Notes: generated from the sequence alone by a model not told the origin. Numbered from the stretch's first letter, positions 1 to 10,324 are shown. The stretch is 64,000 nucleotides of DNA from a bacterium (GCA_044869275.1 JBIOXB010000239.1:18843-82842); one strand, 5' to 3'. Numbers and translations: made by a program.

Positions 1-5
1 TTTTC

Positions 6-896
6 ATGCGCAATAATATCGAAAACATTACCGGGTACTATCCGGCGGCAGTGAAGATCTTCAATCAATCTTACCGGGTAACGTGCAATGATAATTTGGT
101 GATCGATCAGCCGAATTCCAACGGCATCTGGTATGACGTCGGCAACGTGGACGGGGTCTTTATTAATAATTGGATCGAAGGCGTAGGCCGTGTTGGCAAA
201 ACCATCAACACCGATCAACTCTGGCCGAGCGATAACGGCTTTTTCTTTGAAATCTCCAAAGGCGCCATCTGTGCCGGCAACGTATTCGTCAATTGTGATC
301 ATGGCCTCATGGTACTCAATGCCTCCAACGTTCAAATCTGCCAGAACACGTTCATCAACAGCATGGCCTGCATCGGCCGCAACTCGCGCAGCGCCCAGGG
401 TGACCATTTCGGCTGGCATCCCAGCACCGGACCGGATATTGACGCGCGCGAGGGCCACGTCTTTGCCAACAATTTGCTGGTTGGCGATGAGGGCTTTAAC
501 CGGCCCCTGTTGTTCGTTTGGCAGCAGGCAACATTGTGTCAGCAGCTTACGCAATCACAACTGAAACAACTCGATCATAATGTGTACGTGCGCGGCGCAG
601 ACAATACTTCTTATCCGTTGATCCTCTGGAGTCCTGCATCAAACGAGAAATGTCAAGTGGGAATTGGGTCATTGGAGGATTTGCGAAAACTGTATCCGGG
701 ATTCTCGGCCAGCAGCCGCAGTTATTTCAACTATGATGGCCCCTTGTTCAAGGGCGTGGAATTGGGCAATTACCAATTAATGTCAGGCTTTCCAGGATCA
801 AAAACAGGAATGCAGCTCCCAGCGGCGATCAGCAAGTTTCTTGGCCAATCCGGGAAGGAGGGGCGATACGTTGGAGCGTACCCGCCAATGCCTTGA
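6..896 (+). CDS. Right-handed parallel beta-helix repeat protein, C-terminal part (5'-truncated by window edge)
   Basis: Repeating beta-helix motifs (GIWYDVGNVDGVFINNWIE, GFFFEISKGAICAGNVFVNC, NVQICQNTF); frame is open at the window start. Confidence 0.75.
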   Translation: MRNNIENITGYYPAAVKIFNQSYRVTCNDNLVIDQPNSNGIWYDVGNVDGVFINNWIEGVGRVGKTINTDQLWPSDNGFFFEISKGAICAGNVFVNCDHGLMVLNASNVQICQNTFINSMACIGRNSRSAQGDHFGWHPSTGPDIDAREGHVFANNLLVGDEGFNRPLLFVWQQATLCQQLTQSQLKQLDHNVYVRGADNTSYPLILWSPASNEKCQVGIGSLEDLRKLYPGFSASSRSYFNYDGPLFKGVELGNYQLMSGFPGSKTGMQLPAAISKFLGQSGKEGRYVGAYPPMP

Positions 897-910
897 GGGA
901 GCTGCAATTA

Positions 911-1013
911 GCCCAACGGATAAAAGAGCGGCCAACGAATGAAGCGCACTGCCAAATCATAAAACTTCGAAAGAGAGTTTTTGAATCCGTTGGTCGTGGT
1001 TTGATCCGTTGGC
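911..1013. repeat. Intergenic double inverted repeat (CCAACGGAT/CCAACGAAT ... ATCCGTTGG x2)
   Basis: gcccaacggat (911) and gccaacgaat (931) are mirrored by atccgttgg (985) and atccgttggc (1004). Confidence 0.6.
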
Positions 1014-1072
1014 CCTGCTGTATTCGAAAGCGGAACAAAATTCCGGAAATTCCTCTTGGAAGGGATTAGCAA

Positions 1073-2656
1073 TTGAAACATAAATTCTGTCATTCACCTT
1101 ATATGACCGCGAGCTTCACCCTTAAGCGTCGCCATGGAGCGGTGCTTGTTTTGCTCGTCGGTATGATAGTACTGCTGCCCATCCATTCGTTCGCCCAACT
1201 TGCCGCCAACAAAAGCAAGTTTGTGGGCAACATTATTGGCAACGGAAATAACCTCCGTGCCGCGAATTTTAAGAAATATTGGAATCAGGTCACCGCCGAA
1301 AATGCCGGCAAGTGGGGCAGCGTCGAATTCAGCCCGGGCATATACAACTGGACGCAGCTCGACAACATCTACAATTTTGCGAAGACCAACGGTCTTCCTT
1401 ACAAGCATCATACTCTCATTTGGGGAAATCAACAGCCTGGTTTCATCGCCGGTCTTGATTCGGCGAGTCAGTATCAAGAAATTGAAAACTGGATCATGGC
1501 GGTCGGCCAGCGATATCCTGAGATGGATTTCTGCGACGTTGTCAACGAGCCTCTTCACGCTCCTCCATCCTACAAAAACGCGTTGGGAGGTGATGGCGCC
1601 ACGGGCTGGGATTGGGTCATCAAGGCGTTCGAATTGGCGAGGCAATATCTGTCCGCGAACACAGAACTGCATTTAAATGAGTACAGTGTCATTAATGACG
1701 GTTCGGCAAATGCCCGCTTCCTTGAGATCATTAACTTGCTAAAAGATCGGGGATTGATCGACGGTATCGGCGTGCAGGGTCATTATTTCGAAGTGGATGG
1801 CGGCGCTTCCATGATCACCTTGCATAACAATTTGAACAATCTCGCCGCCACTGGACTACCCATCTACATTACCGAATTTGACATCAACCAACAAAACGAC
1901 GACACGCAATTGCAGAGATACCAGACCATATTCCCCGTACTTTATGAACACCCGGGAGTTTATGGGATAACGTTGTGGGGATATGTACAGTACGAAACAT
2001 GGCGACCCTACACGTATTTGGTTACGGATCGCCTCGCCGAACGCCCCGCGCTCCAATGGCTGCGCACGTATCTCGCCAGTCCGCTGCGGCCTGTGCTTCT
2101 TTCTCCCGTTGGAACAACGGGAGAGCCGCGTAATCCCGTTTTGAGTTGGCATGCTTCGGCGTCCGCAACCTCATACCAGCTCCAGGTTGCAGGCAATAGC
2201 ACGTTCTCAACTGTTGTCGTTGACACCACCGTCGCTGACACGCTCCTGCAATTGCGCCCTCTTGAGGCGAACACGAGATACTACTGGCGTGTGCGCGCGG
2301 CGAACGAACACGGGACGAGTGCATACTCGGTTGCGGCAAGTTTCATGACCGGAGATCAAATCACAGCTGTCGACGAATTCGCAGAATTACCAACAGAGTT
2401 CGGGTTGTCTGAAAATTACCCAAACCCATTTAACCCCACAACCAGTCTGCAGTATTTTGTGGGGAGCCCTCGACATGTTAGCTTAAAAGTTTATGACGCA
2501 TTGGGACACGTAATCGCAACGCTGGTGGATGAAAGAAAGCCCGCGGGCCACTACCGCGCCACTTTTGAGGCAAGAGGATTTGCAAGTGGTGTCTATTTCA
2601 TGAGATTATCTGCAGGTGAATTTGTCGCCATGAGAAAGGCGATTCTGATGCGATAA
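1073..2656 (+). CDS. Secreted GH10 endo-1,4-beta-xylanase with Fn3 domain and T9SS-type C-terminal sorting domain
   Basis: Signal peptide; GH10 motifs TAENAGKW, HTLIW, DVVNEP, GIGVQGH, ITEFD; Fn3 'NTRYYWRVRA'; CTD 'NYPNPFNP...GVYFMRL...KAILMR'. Alternative start at 1103. Confidence 0.93.
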   Translation: MKHKFCHSPYMTASFTLKRRHGAVLVLLVGMIVLLPIHSFAQLAANKSKFVGNIIGNGNNLRAANFKKYWNQVTAENAGKWGSVEFSPGIYNWTQLDNIYNFAKTNGLPYKHHTLIWGNQQPGFIAGLDSASQYQEIENWIMAVGQRYPEMDFCDVVNEPLHAPPSYKNALGGDGATGWDWVIKAFELARQYLSANTELHLNEYSVINDGSANARFLEIINLLKDRGLIDGIGVQGHYFEVDGGASMITLHNNLNNLAATGLPIYITEFDINQQNDDTQLQRYQTIFPVLYEHPGVYGITLWGYVQYETWRPYTYLVTDRLAERPALQWLRTYLASPLRPVLLSPVGTTGEPRNPVLSWHASASATSYQLQVAGNSTFSTVVVDTTVADTLLQLRPLEANTRYYWRVRAANEHGTSAYSVAASFMTGDQITAVDEFAELPTEFGLSENYPNPFNPTTSLQYFVGSPRHVSLKVYDALGHVIATLVDERKPAGHYRATFEARGFASGVYFMRLSAGEFVAMRKAILMR

Positions 2657-2734
2657 GGACAAGCTGGTGCACTGTTACCTTAAAAAATATAACCTCAGGT
2701 ATGATATTCTGAAAGAATCAAGGAGGATGCAAAC

Positions 2735-3898
2735 ATGCCCATCAGAGATTTGACCGCACAAGCAAGGCGCCGCACGCCGGAGGAACTCATCGCGCATCTG
2801 AAGAGTTTTCAGCTGGACCTGAAATTCTCCGCAGGTGTTTGGTTCTTCTCCCCTCCTGCCAGCCGCTTTCACGACAAGTACAAAGCTGATCTCAATCTGG
2901 AGCAAAGGCTCGAGATCGCCGCAAGTTTGAAGGATTACGGACTCGCGGGCTTGGAAGCGCATTATCCCAACGAAGTCAATGAAGACAACCTTCCGCTTTG
3001 GAAGAAGTTCGTCAAAGACACGGGTATCAAACTCATTACCGCCATTCCGCTGTTGTTTTATGATAAACAATTTGAGTTCGGCTCGCTTTCGAACCCGATA
3101 GCTGAAAAGCGCCAGTTGGCGGTGGAGCGCACGAAGAAATGTTTTCAGCTTGCCAAAGAAATCGACGTGGATTTCTCCATTATTTGGGCCGGCATCGACG
3201 GCTACGAAAATCCTTTCGGCATCGATTTTATCGCCATGCGCCAGCGTTTTGCCGAAGGCATTGCCGAAGCGCTGGAGGCTGTGCCGGGGGTTCGAGTGGC
3301 CTTTGAACCCAAACCTTATGAGCCGCGAGGCCGCATCCTTTATGGGTTGACTCCAGAGGGTGTCCTGCTGGGCCAGCAAGTCGAGGCCCTGTTGAAGCAT
3401 GAAAAAAACCGCGCGCTCTTGCAGCAAGGGCACAAGCTGGTTTGTATGAATCCGGAAATCGGCCATTTGCTCATGGGCTTCGAAGATTTGCCCTACGCTT
3501 TGAGCTGGCCATTGTCCGAAGGCCGTTTGGCGCACACGCACTGGAACAGCCAGCCCTTGGGCAATTACGACCAGGACTTGAACGTGGGCGTTATCTCTCC
3601 GGAACAACTGGAAGCAGGTTTATACGTCCTGAAAATGCACAGCTACAACGGCTATTTCGGCATCGATGTAAACCCGGAGCGCATGCCGGTGGACGTGGCC
3701 TTGAAAAACTCGATGGATGCTCTGCGCGCTGCCAATGATCGCATCAACGGTTTGGATCATGAGCGCATGATTGAGGCGGCTATGAAACCCGATCAAAAAC
3801 GCGGCTGGATCGAAGCCTACTTGACGCGCGCGCGCGCCTCCCATCCGGAAAAGTTGCCGCCGCTGGAGCAAGCGGTGCATTCAAATTTTGCTTCCTAG
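2735..3898 (+). CDS. xylA: Xylose isomerase-family TIM barrel (divergent class)
   Basis: Motifs WAGIDGYE, FEPKPYEPR, NPEIGH, YDQDL; RBS aaggagg; xylan cluster context. Confidence 0.8.
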   Translation: MPIRDLTAQARRRTPEELIAHLKSFQLDLKFSAGVWFFSPPASRFHDKYKADLNLEQRLEIAASLKDYGLAGLEAHYPNEVNEDNLPLWKKFVKDTGIKLITAIPLLFYDKQFEFGSLSNPIAEKRQLAVERTKKCFQLAKEIDVDFSIIWAGIDGYENPFGIDFIAMRQRFAEGIAEALEAVPGVRVAFEPKPYEPRGRILYGLTPEGVLLGQQVEALLKHEKNRALLQQGHKLVCMNPEIGHLLMGFEDLPYALSWPLSEGRLAHTHWNSQPLGNYDQDLNVGVISPEQLEAGLYVLKMHSYNGYFGIDVNPERMPVDVALKNSMDALRAANDRINGLDHERMIEAAMKPDQKRGWIEAYLTRARASHPEKLPPLEQAVHSNFAS

Positions 3899-3916
3899 TA
3901 GTATGTCATGTTTTGG

Positions 3917-3985
3917 AACCGCTAATTAACGCGAATGTACGCTAATATGTGCTCAATTCGCGTTTATTAGCGTCTATTCGCGGTT
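3917..3985. repeat. Inverted short-repeat element (CGCTAAT/CGCGAAT x3 ... ATTCGCG/ATTAGCG x3)
   Basis: aaccgctaattaacgcgaatgtacgctaat...attcgcgtttattagcgtctattcgcggtt. Confidence 0.7.
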
Positions 3986-4051
3986 TGAGAAATGGGAAAG
4001 TTGCTTGATTCCCAATCTTTAGCGTTTCAGCCTCAAATCAGAAGGCATCCC

Positions 4052-6454
4052 ATGTTTACTGCCTTGCTGCTTCTTATGCTGGCGCTCTCAGACCAACCAG
4101 CTTTCGTCAAAACACCGAAGGCGCGGTCTCTTCCTGAGCCTGGAGCGCCACAATTTTCTCGCGCCTTCAAAGCGCTGGTATTCAGCAAAACCGCGGGCTT
4201 TCGCCATGCCTCCATACCACACGGGATTGCAGCCATTCAGAAATTGGGAATGGAGAATGGCTTCGAGGTGAGTGCCACGGAAGATGCTGGACTATTTACC
4301 GACGCCATTTTGGCACAATACCAAGTCGTCATTCTTTTGAGCACCACAGGTGACGTGCTGAACAGTACTCAGCAGGCTGCTTTTGAGAGATACGTGCAGG
4401 CCGGCGGCGGATATGCTGGCATTCACGCGGCGGCAGACACGGAATACGGTTGGGCATGGTATGGCAATCTCGTCGGCGCATACTTTCAAAGCCATCCCAA
4501 TATTCAGCCGGCGACCATCGTCGTAGCCGACCGGAGTCATCCCTCCACAAAACCTCTGCCTGAACGCTGGCCGCGCACGGATGAATGGTATAATTTTCAA
4601 ATCAACCCGCGTGGGAAAGTGCACGTGTTGGCAACACTGGATGAACGCACTTATTCCGGCGGCGCCGATGGCTACGACCATCCCCTCGCCTGGTGCCAGG
4701 AGTATGACGGCGGCCGCGCTTGGTACACGGCGCTGGGCCACACCGAAGCCAGCTTCACCGAGCCGCTGTTTCTGCAACATCTCCTGGGCGGCATTCTGTT
4801 TGCCGCAGGAGTTGTCGCTGCAGATGCCGGCGCCACAATCGACGCGAGCTTTGAAAAAATCGTTTTGGACGACAATACTCTCGATCCTATGTCTTTGGCC
4901 GTCGCGCCCGATGGCAGAGTGTTTTATGTCCAGCGCGCCGGGGCCGTGAAGATCTACAATCCCGCGGATTCGACCATTAAAATAGCAGGCAACCTCGCCG
5001 TGACGACGATGCATGAAGACGGACTGCTGGGCCTGGCGCTCGATCCTGATTTCGCGGTGAATAATTGGATTTACTTGTTCTATTCCCCCACGGGAATCGT
5101 AGCGAAACAGAATGTCTCGCGTTTTACGCTGGCCGGTGATCGGCTCGACATGGGGTCAGAAAAAGTATTGCTCGAGATTCCCACGCAGCGTGAGCAGTGT
5201 TGCCATTCCGCCGGTTCGTTGGCGTTCGGACCCGAGGGCAACCTATATATCTCCACCGGCGACAACACCAATCCGTTCGAATCGAGCGGCTATGCCCCCA
5301 TCGATGAGCGCACGGGGCGCGCGGCATGGGATGCACAAAAGTCATCATCCAACACGCAGGACTTGCGCGGCAAAATTTTGCGCATCACGCCGCAAGCGAA
5401 TGGCGGCTACACCATTCCCGCCGGCAACCTCTTTCCGCCCGATGGCTCGGCGGGCCGGCCGGAAATTTACGTGATGGGTTGCCGCAATCCGTTTCGGATT
5501 TCCGTGGATCGGAAAACCGGGTGGCTGTATTGGGGTGAAGTCGGTCCGGATGCCCAAAACCCGACTCCGGCGCGCGGGCCACGAGGCTATGACGAGTGGA
5601 ATCAAGCGCGCGCCGCCGGCAATTTTGGCTGGCCCTACTGCATCGGCGATAATCAGGCGTATGTCGAATATAACTTTGCCAGCGGCCTTTCCGGTGCAGC
5701 TTTCGATTGCGATAATCCCGTAAACAATTCGCCCAACAATACCGGCGTGAGTGCGCTGCCGCCGGCAAAGCCGGCCTGGATTTGGTATCCCTACGCCCTG
5801 TCGCCAGAATTTCCCGAGCTCGAAACCGGCGGCAGAACCGCCATGGCCGGCCCAATTTATCATTATGATGCGAATCTCGATTCAATCGTCAAGCTGCCTG
5901 AATATTATGACCAAACGCTTTTCATTTACGAATGGTCGCGCAGCTGGATCAAAGAGGTCAAGCTGGATGCGGATGGAAACGTTCTAAAGATCAATCCCTT
6001 TCTCGACAGCTTCGAATTCAGGCGTCCAATGGATATGGAGCTCGGGCCCGACGGCGCCCTTTACATGCTGGAGTGGGGAAGCGGTTTTGCCGGCGGCAAT
6101 AGTGATTCAAAGCTGATCCGCGTGCAGTATAAGGGAAGCCAGTTGCCGCCCGTCGGAGTTGAAGCTCGGCCCGAAATCAACTCCCCTCCTGCTTTCGCTC
6201 TGGCGCAGAACTATCCGAACCCCTTCAATCCCACGACCACGATTTACTACGAGCTGCCGGTTTCCAGCAAAGTGGATTTGAGTATTTACAATTTGCTCGG
6301 GCAAAAGGTGGCAGCACTTGTCTCCACCCGCCAGGTTGCCGGCAGCCATACAGTTGAATGGGATGCCGCCGCTTTTCCGGGCGGCGTGTATATCTACAGA
6401 TTGGAAACGAACACGGGTTTCGTTCAAACCAAGAAACTGATTCTGCTGAAATGA
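4052..6454 (+). CDS. Secreted ThuA-like domain + glucose/sorbosone (PQQ-type) dehydrogenase propeller + T9SS-type CTD
   Basis: ThuA: FSKTAGFRHASI, GIHAAADTEY, DEWYNF, YTALGH; GSDH: EDGLLGLALDPDF, CCHSAGSL, GCRNPFR, NFGWP; CTD NYPNPFNP. ORF track start 3992; 4052 has an RBS and signal peptide. Confidence 0.88.
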   Translation: MFTALLLLMLALSDQPAFVKTPKARSLPEPGAPQFSRAFKALVFSKTAGFRHASIPHGIAAIQKLGMENGFEVSATEDAGLFTDAILAQYQVVILLSTTGDVLNSTQQAAFERYVQAGGGYAGIHAAADTEYGWAWYGNLVGAYFQSHPNIQPATIVVADRSHPSTKPLPERWPRTDEWYNFQINPRGKVHVLATLDERTYSGGADGYDHPLAWCQEYDGGRAWYTALGHTEASFTEPLFLQHLLGGILFAAGVVAADAGATIDASFEKIVLDDNTLDPMSLAVAPDGRVFYVQRAGAVKIYNPADSTIKIAGNLAVTTMHEDGLLGLALDPDFAVNNWIYLFYSPTGIVAKQNVSRFTLAGDRLDMGSEKVLLEIPTQREQCCHSAGSLAFGPEGNLYISTGDNTNPFESSGYAPIDERTGRAAWDAQKSSSNTQDLRGKILRITPQANGGYTIPAGNLFPPDGSAGRPEIYVMGCRNPFRISVDRKTGWLYWGEVGPDAQNPTPARGPRGYDEWNQARAAGNFGWPYCIGDNQAYVEYNFASGLSGAAFDCDNPVNNSPNNTGVSALPPAKPAWIWYPYALSPEFPELETGGRTAMAGPIYHYDANLDSIVKLPEYYDQTLFIYEWSRSWIKEVKLDADGNVLKINPFLDSFEFRRPMDMELGPDGALYMLEWGSGFAGGNSDSKLIRVQYKGSQLPPVGVEARPEINSPPAFALAQNYPNPFNPTTTIYYELPVSSKVDLSIYNLLGQKVAALVSTRQVAGSHTVEWDAAAFPGGVYIYRLETNTGFVQTKKLILLK

Positions 6455-6461
6455 AAAGTAA

Positions 6462-6536
6462 AGCGTAATACGTGATGCGTGGTCGGCTTTTACACTGTAC
6501 ATTTTACGTTTCACGTCTTACGACTCACGTCTTACG
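6462..6536. repeat. Inverted heptamer repeat element (CGTAA/CGTGA ... TTACG/TCACG arrays)
   Basis: gcgtaatacgtgatgcgtg ... ttttacgtttcacgtcttacgactcacgtcttacg. Confidence 0.6.
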
Positions 6537-6574
6537 AGCAACCTCACTCCTGAAACGAAGAAAGGTGATCCTCC

Positions 6575-7969
6575 ATGCCGCTGGAATCACAAAAGCTCTC
6601 GCTTAAAGAAAAGATCGGTTACAGTTTGGGCGACACGGCCTCGAATTTGTTTTTTCAATCCTTCATTTTATTTCTACCTATTTTTTACACGGATGTGTTC
6701 GGGTTGCCTGCTGCTGCGATGGGGACGCTGTTTCTGTTTACCAGAATTTTCGACGCGGCGAACGATCCGATCATGGGCACGATTGCCGACCGAACGAACA
6801 CGCGCTGGGGAAAATTTCGACCGTATATACTTTGCTTTGCCATCCCCTTTGGCATCGCGGGCGTGTTGACGTTTACCACTCCCGGGTTCGACGCGACGGG
6901 CAAACTCATCTATGCGTATCTCACTTACAATTTGCTGATGGTAATGTACACCATCGTGAACGTTCCCTATTCTGCGCTCATGGGGGTGATTACGCCAAAT
7001 TCCATGGAACGCACGGAAGTGTCATCCTATCGCTTTGTCGCAGCCTTTGTCGGTGCTTTAATCGTGCAGGCCTCCACCATCAACCTGGTAAAATATTTTG
7101 GCCAGGGCAATGACGCCGTGGGCTGGCAATGGGCGATGGGATGCCTCGCCGCCTTGGCGGCCGTGTTATTCTTCGTTACTTTTATGACGACCAAAGAAAG
7201 GGTTCATCCTCCTAAAGAACAGAAGAGCGAATTCAAAAAAGACATAAAGGATTTATTCACCAACAAACCCTGGCTGCTCATTGCCGGCGCGACGGTTTTT
7301 CAGCTCACCTACATCGTCATGCGCGGCTCTTCCATTGCATATTATTTCAAATACTATGTCGGCGATCAACGGCTCAATCTCTTCGGCAAGGTCATCGCGC
7401 TTTCGCAAGAAACGTTTACTTCTTCGTTCTTCTTGTCGGGCAGCATCGCGACCATCATCGGCGTCGTTCTCACCAAATGGTTCTCGAAGATTCTTGACAA
7501 GAAAAACACGTACGCGGGATTTTTGATCGCCAGTGCCGCGATCAATGCCGCGTTTTATTTTGCGCGTCCTCAGGATGTTGTTCTCATCTATGTTCTCAAC
7601 CTTTTGGTCTCGTTCCTTTTCGGGCCCGTGTCGGTGCTGCAATGGGCCATGTACACCGATACCGCTGATTATTCCGAATGGAAAAACCGGCGGCGCGCCA
7701 CCGCTCTGCTCATGGCAGCATCTCTATTTGCGCTCAAATTGGGACTGGCTTTGGGCGGCACCCTCGTTGGCTGGATACTCGCTTTTTATGGATTTGTCGC
7801 CAATCAAACCCAAACGCCGGAAGCGATGACCGGCATTGTATTGCTCTTGAGTCTTTTCCCCTCGATTTTCGGAATTGCCGGCGGCTTGTTGATGCTGCGA
7901 TATCCGCTGACGAATAAAATGATGGTGACGATAGAGGAAGACTTAACCGCCAGAAGAAGGGCAGCATAA
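6575..7969 (+). CDS. Glycoside-pentoside-hexuronide (GPH) MFS sugar:cation symporter, likely xyloside uptake
   Basis: KEKIGYSLGD, DAANDPIMGTIADRTNTRWGKFRPY, NVPYSAL, TKERV, DTADYSEWK; about 12 TM segments. Confidence 0.92.
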   Translation: MPLESQKLSLKEKIGYSLGDTASNLFFQSFILFLPIFYTDVFGLPAAAMGTLFLFTRIFDAANDPIMGTIADRTNTRWGKFRPYILCFAIPFGIAGVLTFTTPGFDATGKLIYAYLTYNLLMVMYTIVNVPYSALMGVITPNSMERTEVSSYRFVAAFVGALIVQASTINLVKYFGQGNDAVGWQWAMGCLAALAAVLFFVTFMTTKERVHPPKEQKSEFKKDIKDLFTNKPWLLIAGATVFQLTYIVMRGSSIAYYFKYYVGDQRLNLFGKVIALSQETFTSSFFLSGSIATIIGVVLTKWFSKILDKKNTYAGFLIASAAINAAFYFARPQDVVLIYVLNLLVSFLFGPVSVLQWAMYTDTADYSEWKNRRRATALLMAASLFALKLGLALGGTLVGWILAFYGFVANQTQTPEAMTGIVLLLSLFPSIFGIAGGLLMLRYPLTNKMMVTIEEDLTARRRAA

Positions 7970-8052
7970 ACTTCCGGCGTTGGCGAGGGTGAAAGCAAGG
8001 TTGCGCTATCGGGAGATGCTTCTGTACTTTGCGGGGCTGGCCTTGGGCCGGA

Positions 8053-8586
8053 TCACTCTTGCTTTCGCGCATGCCGTGGGGAAGACACGTGAACGATCAA
8101 GTCATAACGTTGTTCTCGTAAAGGTTTGCCAAAAGCAGAGGATTCTTTTTCTTCTGTTAGTTTGAAGCCGTGCCGGCGGTAGAGAGCAGCAGCGGCGGAC
8201 AGCTCGTGTGTGGTCCAGAGATAGGCCGATCGAAAATCACCAAGATGCAGGAACTCCATGAATTGCTGCATCAACTTTTTGCCCAGACCAAGGCCTCTAT
8301 ATTCCGGGCGAATGATGAAATACCGCAGTTGTGCCGCGCGGTTTTCCTTGTGCATTAACAACAGGAATCCGATCATGGTTTCGTGGTGTTCACAAATCCA
8401 GACGCGATCTTTCTTGGGATCGTAGTTTTTGTAGAATTCATGCAGGCCCAGCGCCACATAGGCCTCGAATTCGATGCCATAGCCATACTCGCTTCCGTAC
8501 AGCAGGCCATGGAGATGGATGACATAACCCAAATCACCCGGGATCAAAGTGTTTCTGATGCGAATGTCTTCAAGTTTGATCTCCAT
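8053..8586 (-). CDS. GNAT family N-acetyltransferase
   Basis: AQLRYFIIRPEYRGLGLGKKL, LWTTHELSAAAALYRRHGF; RBS aaggagg. Confidence 0.9.
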   Translation of the reverse strand: MEIKLEDIRIRNTLIPGDLGYVIHLHGLLYGSEYGYGIEFEAYVALGLHEFYKNYDPKKDRVWICEHHETMIGFLLLMHKENRAAQLRYFIIRPEYRGLGLGKKLMQQFMEFLHLGDFRSAYLWTTHELSAAAALYRRHGFKLTEEKESSAFGKPLREQRYDLIVHVSSPRHARKQE

Positions 8587-9025
8587 GGTTCTCCTCCTTT
8601 TTTCTCAGGAGCTCTTGGAGCCGGCGCATGAGTGACATGATTTCATTCTTTTCCTCCGGTGTAAGGTGCTCGAGGATTGCGGCCACCGATGCTTCCGACT
8701 GTTCATTAAGCTTGAGGAACGTTGCTTCCCCCTTTTTGCTGAGCGACAAGACGAACACCCTGCCGTCGCTGGGCGATTGTTTTCTGGTGATCAAGCCTCG
8801 CTTGATCAGCTTATCAATGGTGCGGCTGAGATAGCCTTCATCGACTTGCAGGATTTTCTTGATTTTTCTGGCGGTGCAGATCGGATCATGGAAGATCTCA
8901 TACAGGATGCGAACTTCGGTCAAGGAATACGGGCTGTGCAAAATATGTCGATCAACTACGCCGATGATGTTGGTGTAGAAACGGTTGAATGCGCGCATGG
9001 CTTTGATGGCTTTCGAGTTTCGCAT
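8570..9025 (-). CDS. MarR family transcriptional regulator
   Basis: MRAFNRFYTNIIG, SLTEVRILYEI, DEGYLSR, SPSDGR; start moved to the ATG at 9025 (ORF track start 9181 overlaps the GH10 gene). Confidence 0.88.
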   Translation of the reverse strand: MRNSKAIKAMRAFNRFYTNIIGVVDRHILHSPYSLTEVRILYEIFHDPICTARKIKKILQVDEGYLSRTIDKLIKRGLITRKQSPSDGRVFVLSLSKKGEATFLKLNEQSEASVAAILEHLTPEEKNEIMSLMRRLQELLRKKEENHGDQT

Positions 9026-9044
9026 ATGACCGCAGGATAAGAAA

Positions 9045-9067
9045 AATACTTGCCAAAAGCAAGTATT
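9045..9067. promoter_or_regulatory. Perfect 9-5-9 palindrome AATACTTGC-caaaa-GCAAGTATT, candidate MarR operator
   Basis: Lies in the 58-bp divergent gap between marR and the GH10 gene. Confidence 0.65.
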
Positions 9068-9083
9068 AAATATGGAGCCGTGA

Positions 9084-10220
9084 ATGAGAACGCGACCGCT
9101 AAATCCAATAACCGTGACCATGGCGATAACCTCGACGCTGGCCCTCCTGGCCCTTGCTTTCATGGACCGGCCCGCGCTCAAGCAGGTCTTTGAAAAGCAC
9201 TTTTACATTGGTGCAGCCTTAAGTTACGATCAAATCATGGGCAAGGACGCCGCGGCCATGGCGCTCGTCAAAGAACAATTCAACAGTATCACCTCCGAAA
9301 ATATTTTGAAATGGGAACGCGTTCATCCCGAGCCGGAGCGCTATGACTTCGAACCGGCAGATCGGTTCGTCGAATTTGGTGAAAAGCACAAAATGTTCAT
9401 CGTCGGCCATACCCTGCTTTGGCATCAGCAGACGCCGGGCTGGGTATTTGAAAACGGCGCAGGAAAACCGTCGGACCGTGAAATGTTGCTGCAACGATTG
9501 CGCGACCATATCTTTGCCGTGGCCGGCCGCTATAAAGGCCGCATTCATGGCTGGGACGTAGTGAACGAAGCCGTTGAAGATGATGGCAGGCTGCGCAAAT
9601 CCAAATGGCTGGAGATCATCGGACCGGATTACGTTCAAAAAGCCTTCGAGTTTGCGCGCGAGGCCGATCCGAAGGCCGAGCTGTACTACAATGATTTTAA
9701 TCTATGGAAAAAAGAAAAAGCTGACGCCGTGGTTCGGCTGGTTCGCGATCTACAAGCCAAAGGCATTCGCGTTGACGGCATCGGCGAGCAAGGACATTGG
9801 GGCCTCGATTATCCCGCCCTCAACGAAGCTGAAGCCGCCCTTCAGGCTCTCGCCGCGCTGGGCGTGAAGGTGATGATCACGGAGTTGGATATTACCGCCT
9901 TGCCCAATCCCGAGGACTGGAGCGGCGCGGCGGATATTTCGCGGAACGATGAATTGCGAAAGCATCTCAATCCATACCCGCAAGCGCTACCTGATTCCAT
10001 GCAGCAGGTTTTGGCCAAACGTTACGCCGAGTGTTTTGTGCTTTTCCACAAACACCGCGACAACATCAGCCGCGTGACTTTTTGGGGCGTGAACGACGGC
10101 CAGTCGTGGCTCAACAACTGGCCCGTGAGAGGACGAACCAATTACCCTCTGTTGTTCGATCGTGACTATCAGCCCAAGCCGGCTTTTGAAGCGGTAATGC
10201 AAACCATGCAAGCGCAGTGA
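9084..10220 (+). CDS. GH10 endo-1,4-beta-xylanase
   Basis: ITSENILKW, GHTLLWH, WDVVNEA, LYYNDFN, ITELD, RVTFWGV, RTNYPLLFDR. Confidence 0.95.
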   Translation: MRTRPLNPITVTMAITSTLALLALAFMDRPALKQVFEKHFYIGAALSYDQIMGKDAAAMALVKEQFNSITSENILKWERVHPEPERYDFEPADRFVEFGEKHKMFIVGHTLLWHQQTPGWVFENGAGKPSDREMLLQRLRDHIFAVAGRYKGRIHGWDVVNEAVEDDGRLRKSKWLEIIGPDYVQKAFEFAREADPKAELYYNDFNLWKKEKADAVVRLVRDLQAKGIRVDGIGEQGHWGLDYPALNEAEAALQALAALGVKVMITELDITALPNPEDWSGAADISRNDELRKHLNPYPQALPDSMQQVLAKRYAECFVLFHKHRDNISRVTFWGVNDGQSWLNNWPVRGRTNYPLLFDRDYQPKPAFEAVMQTMQAQ

Positions 10221-10324
10221 CGCGACATTCATGTCGCCATGCGCTGATGTAATATTTGAATGAACCTGGCTTGAACGAAAGCCATCTCATGTCCTCTGAA
10301 TATTTCTATGGAATGAAAGACTCT

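Noticed and set aside
8597..8603. A-AAA-AAG slippery heptamer at the end of marR suggesting a programmed frameshift fusion to GNAT
   Set aside because: GNAT is in the +1 frame while this motif promotes -1 shifts; GNAT also has its own strong RBS
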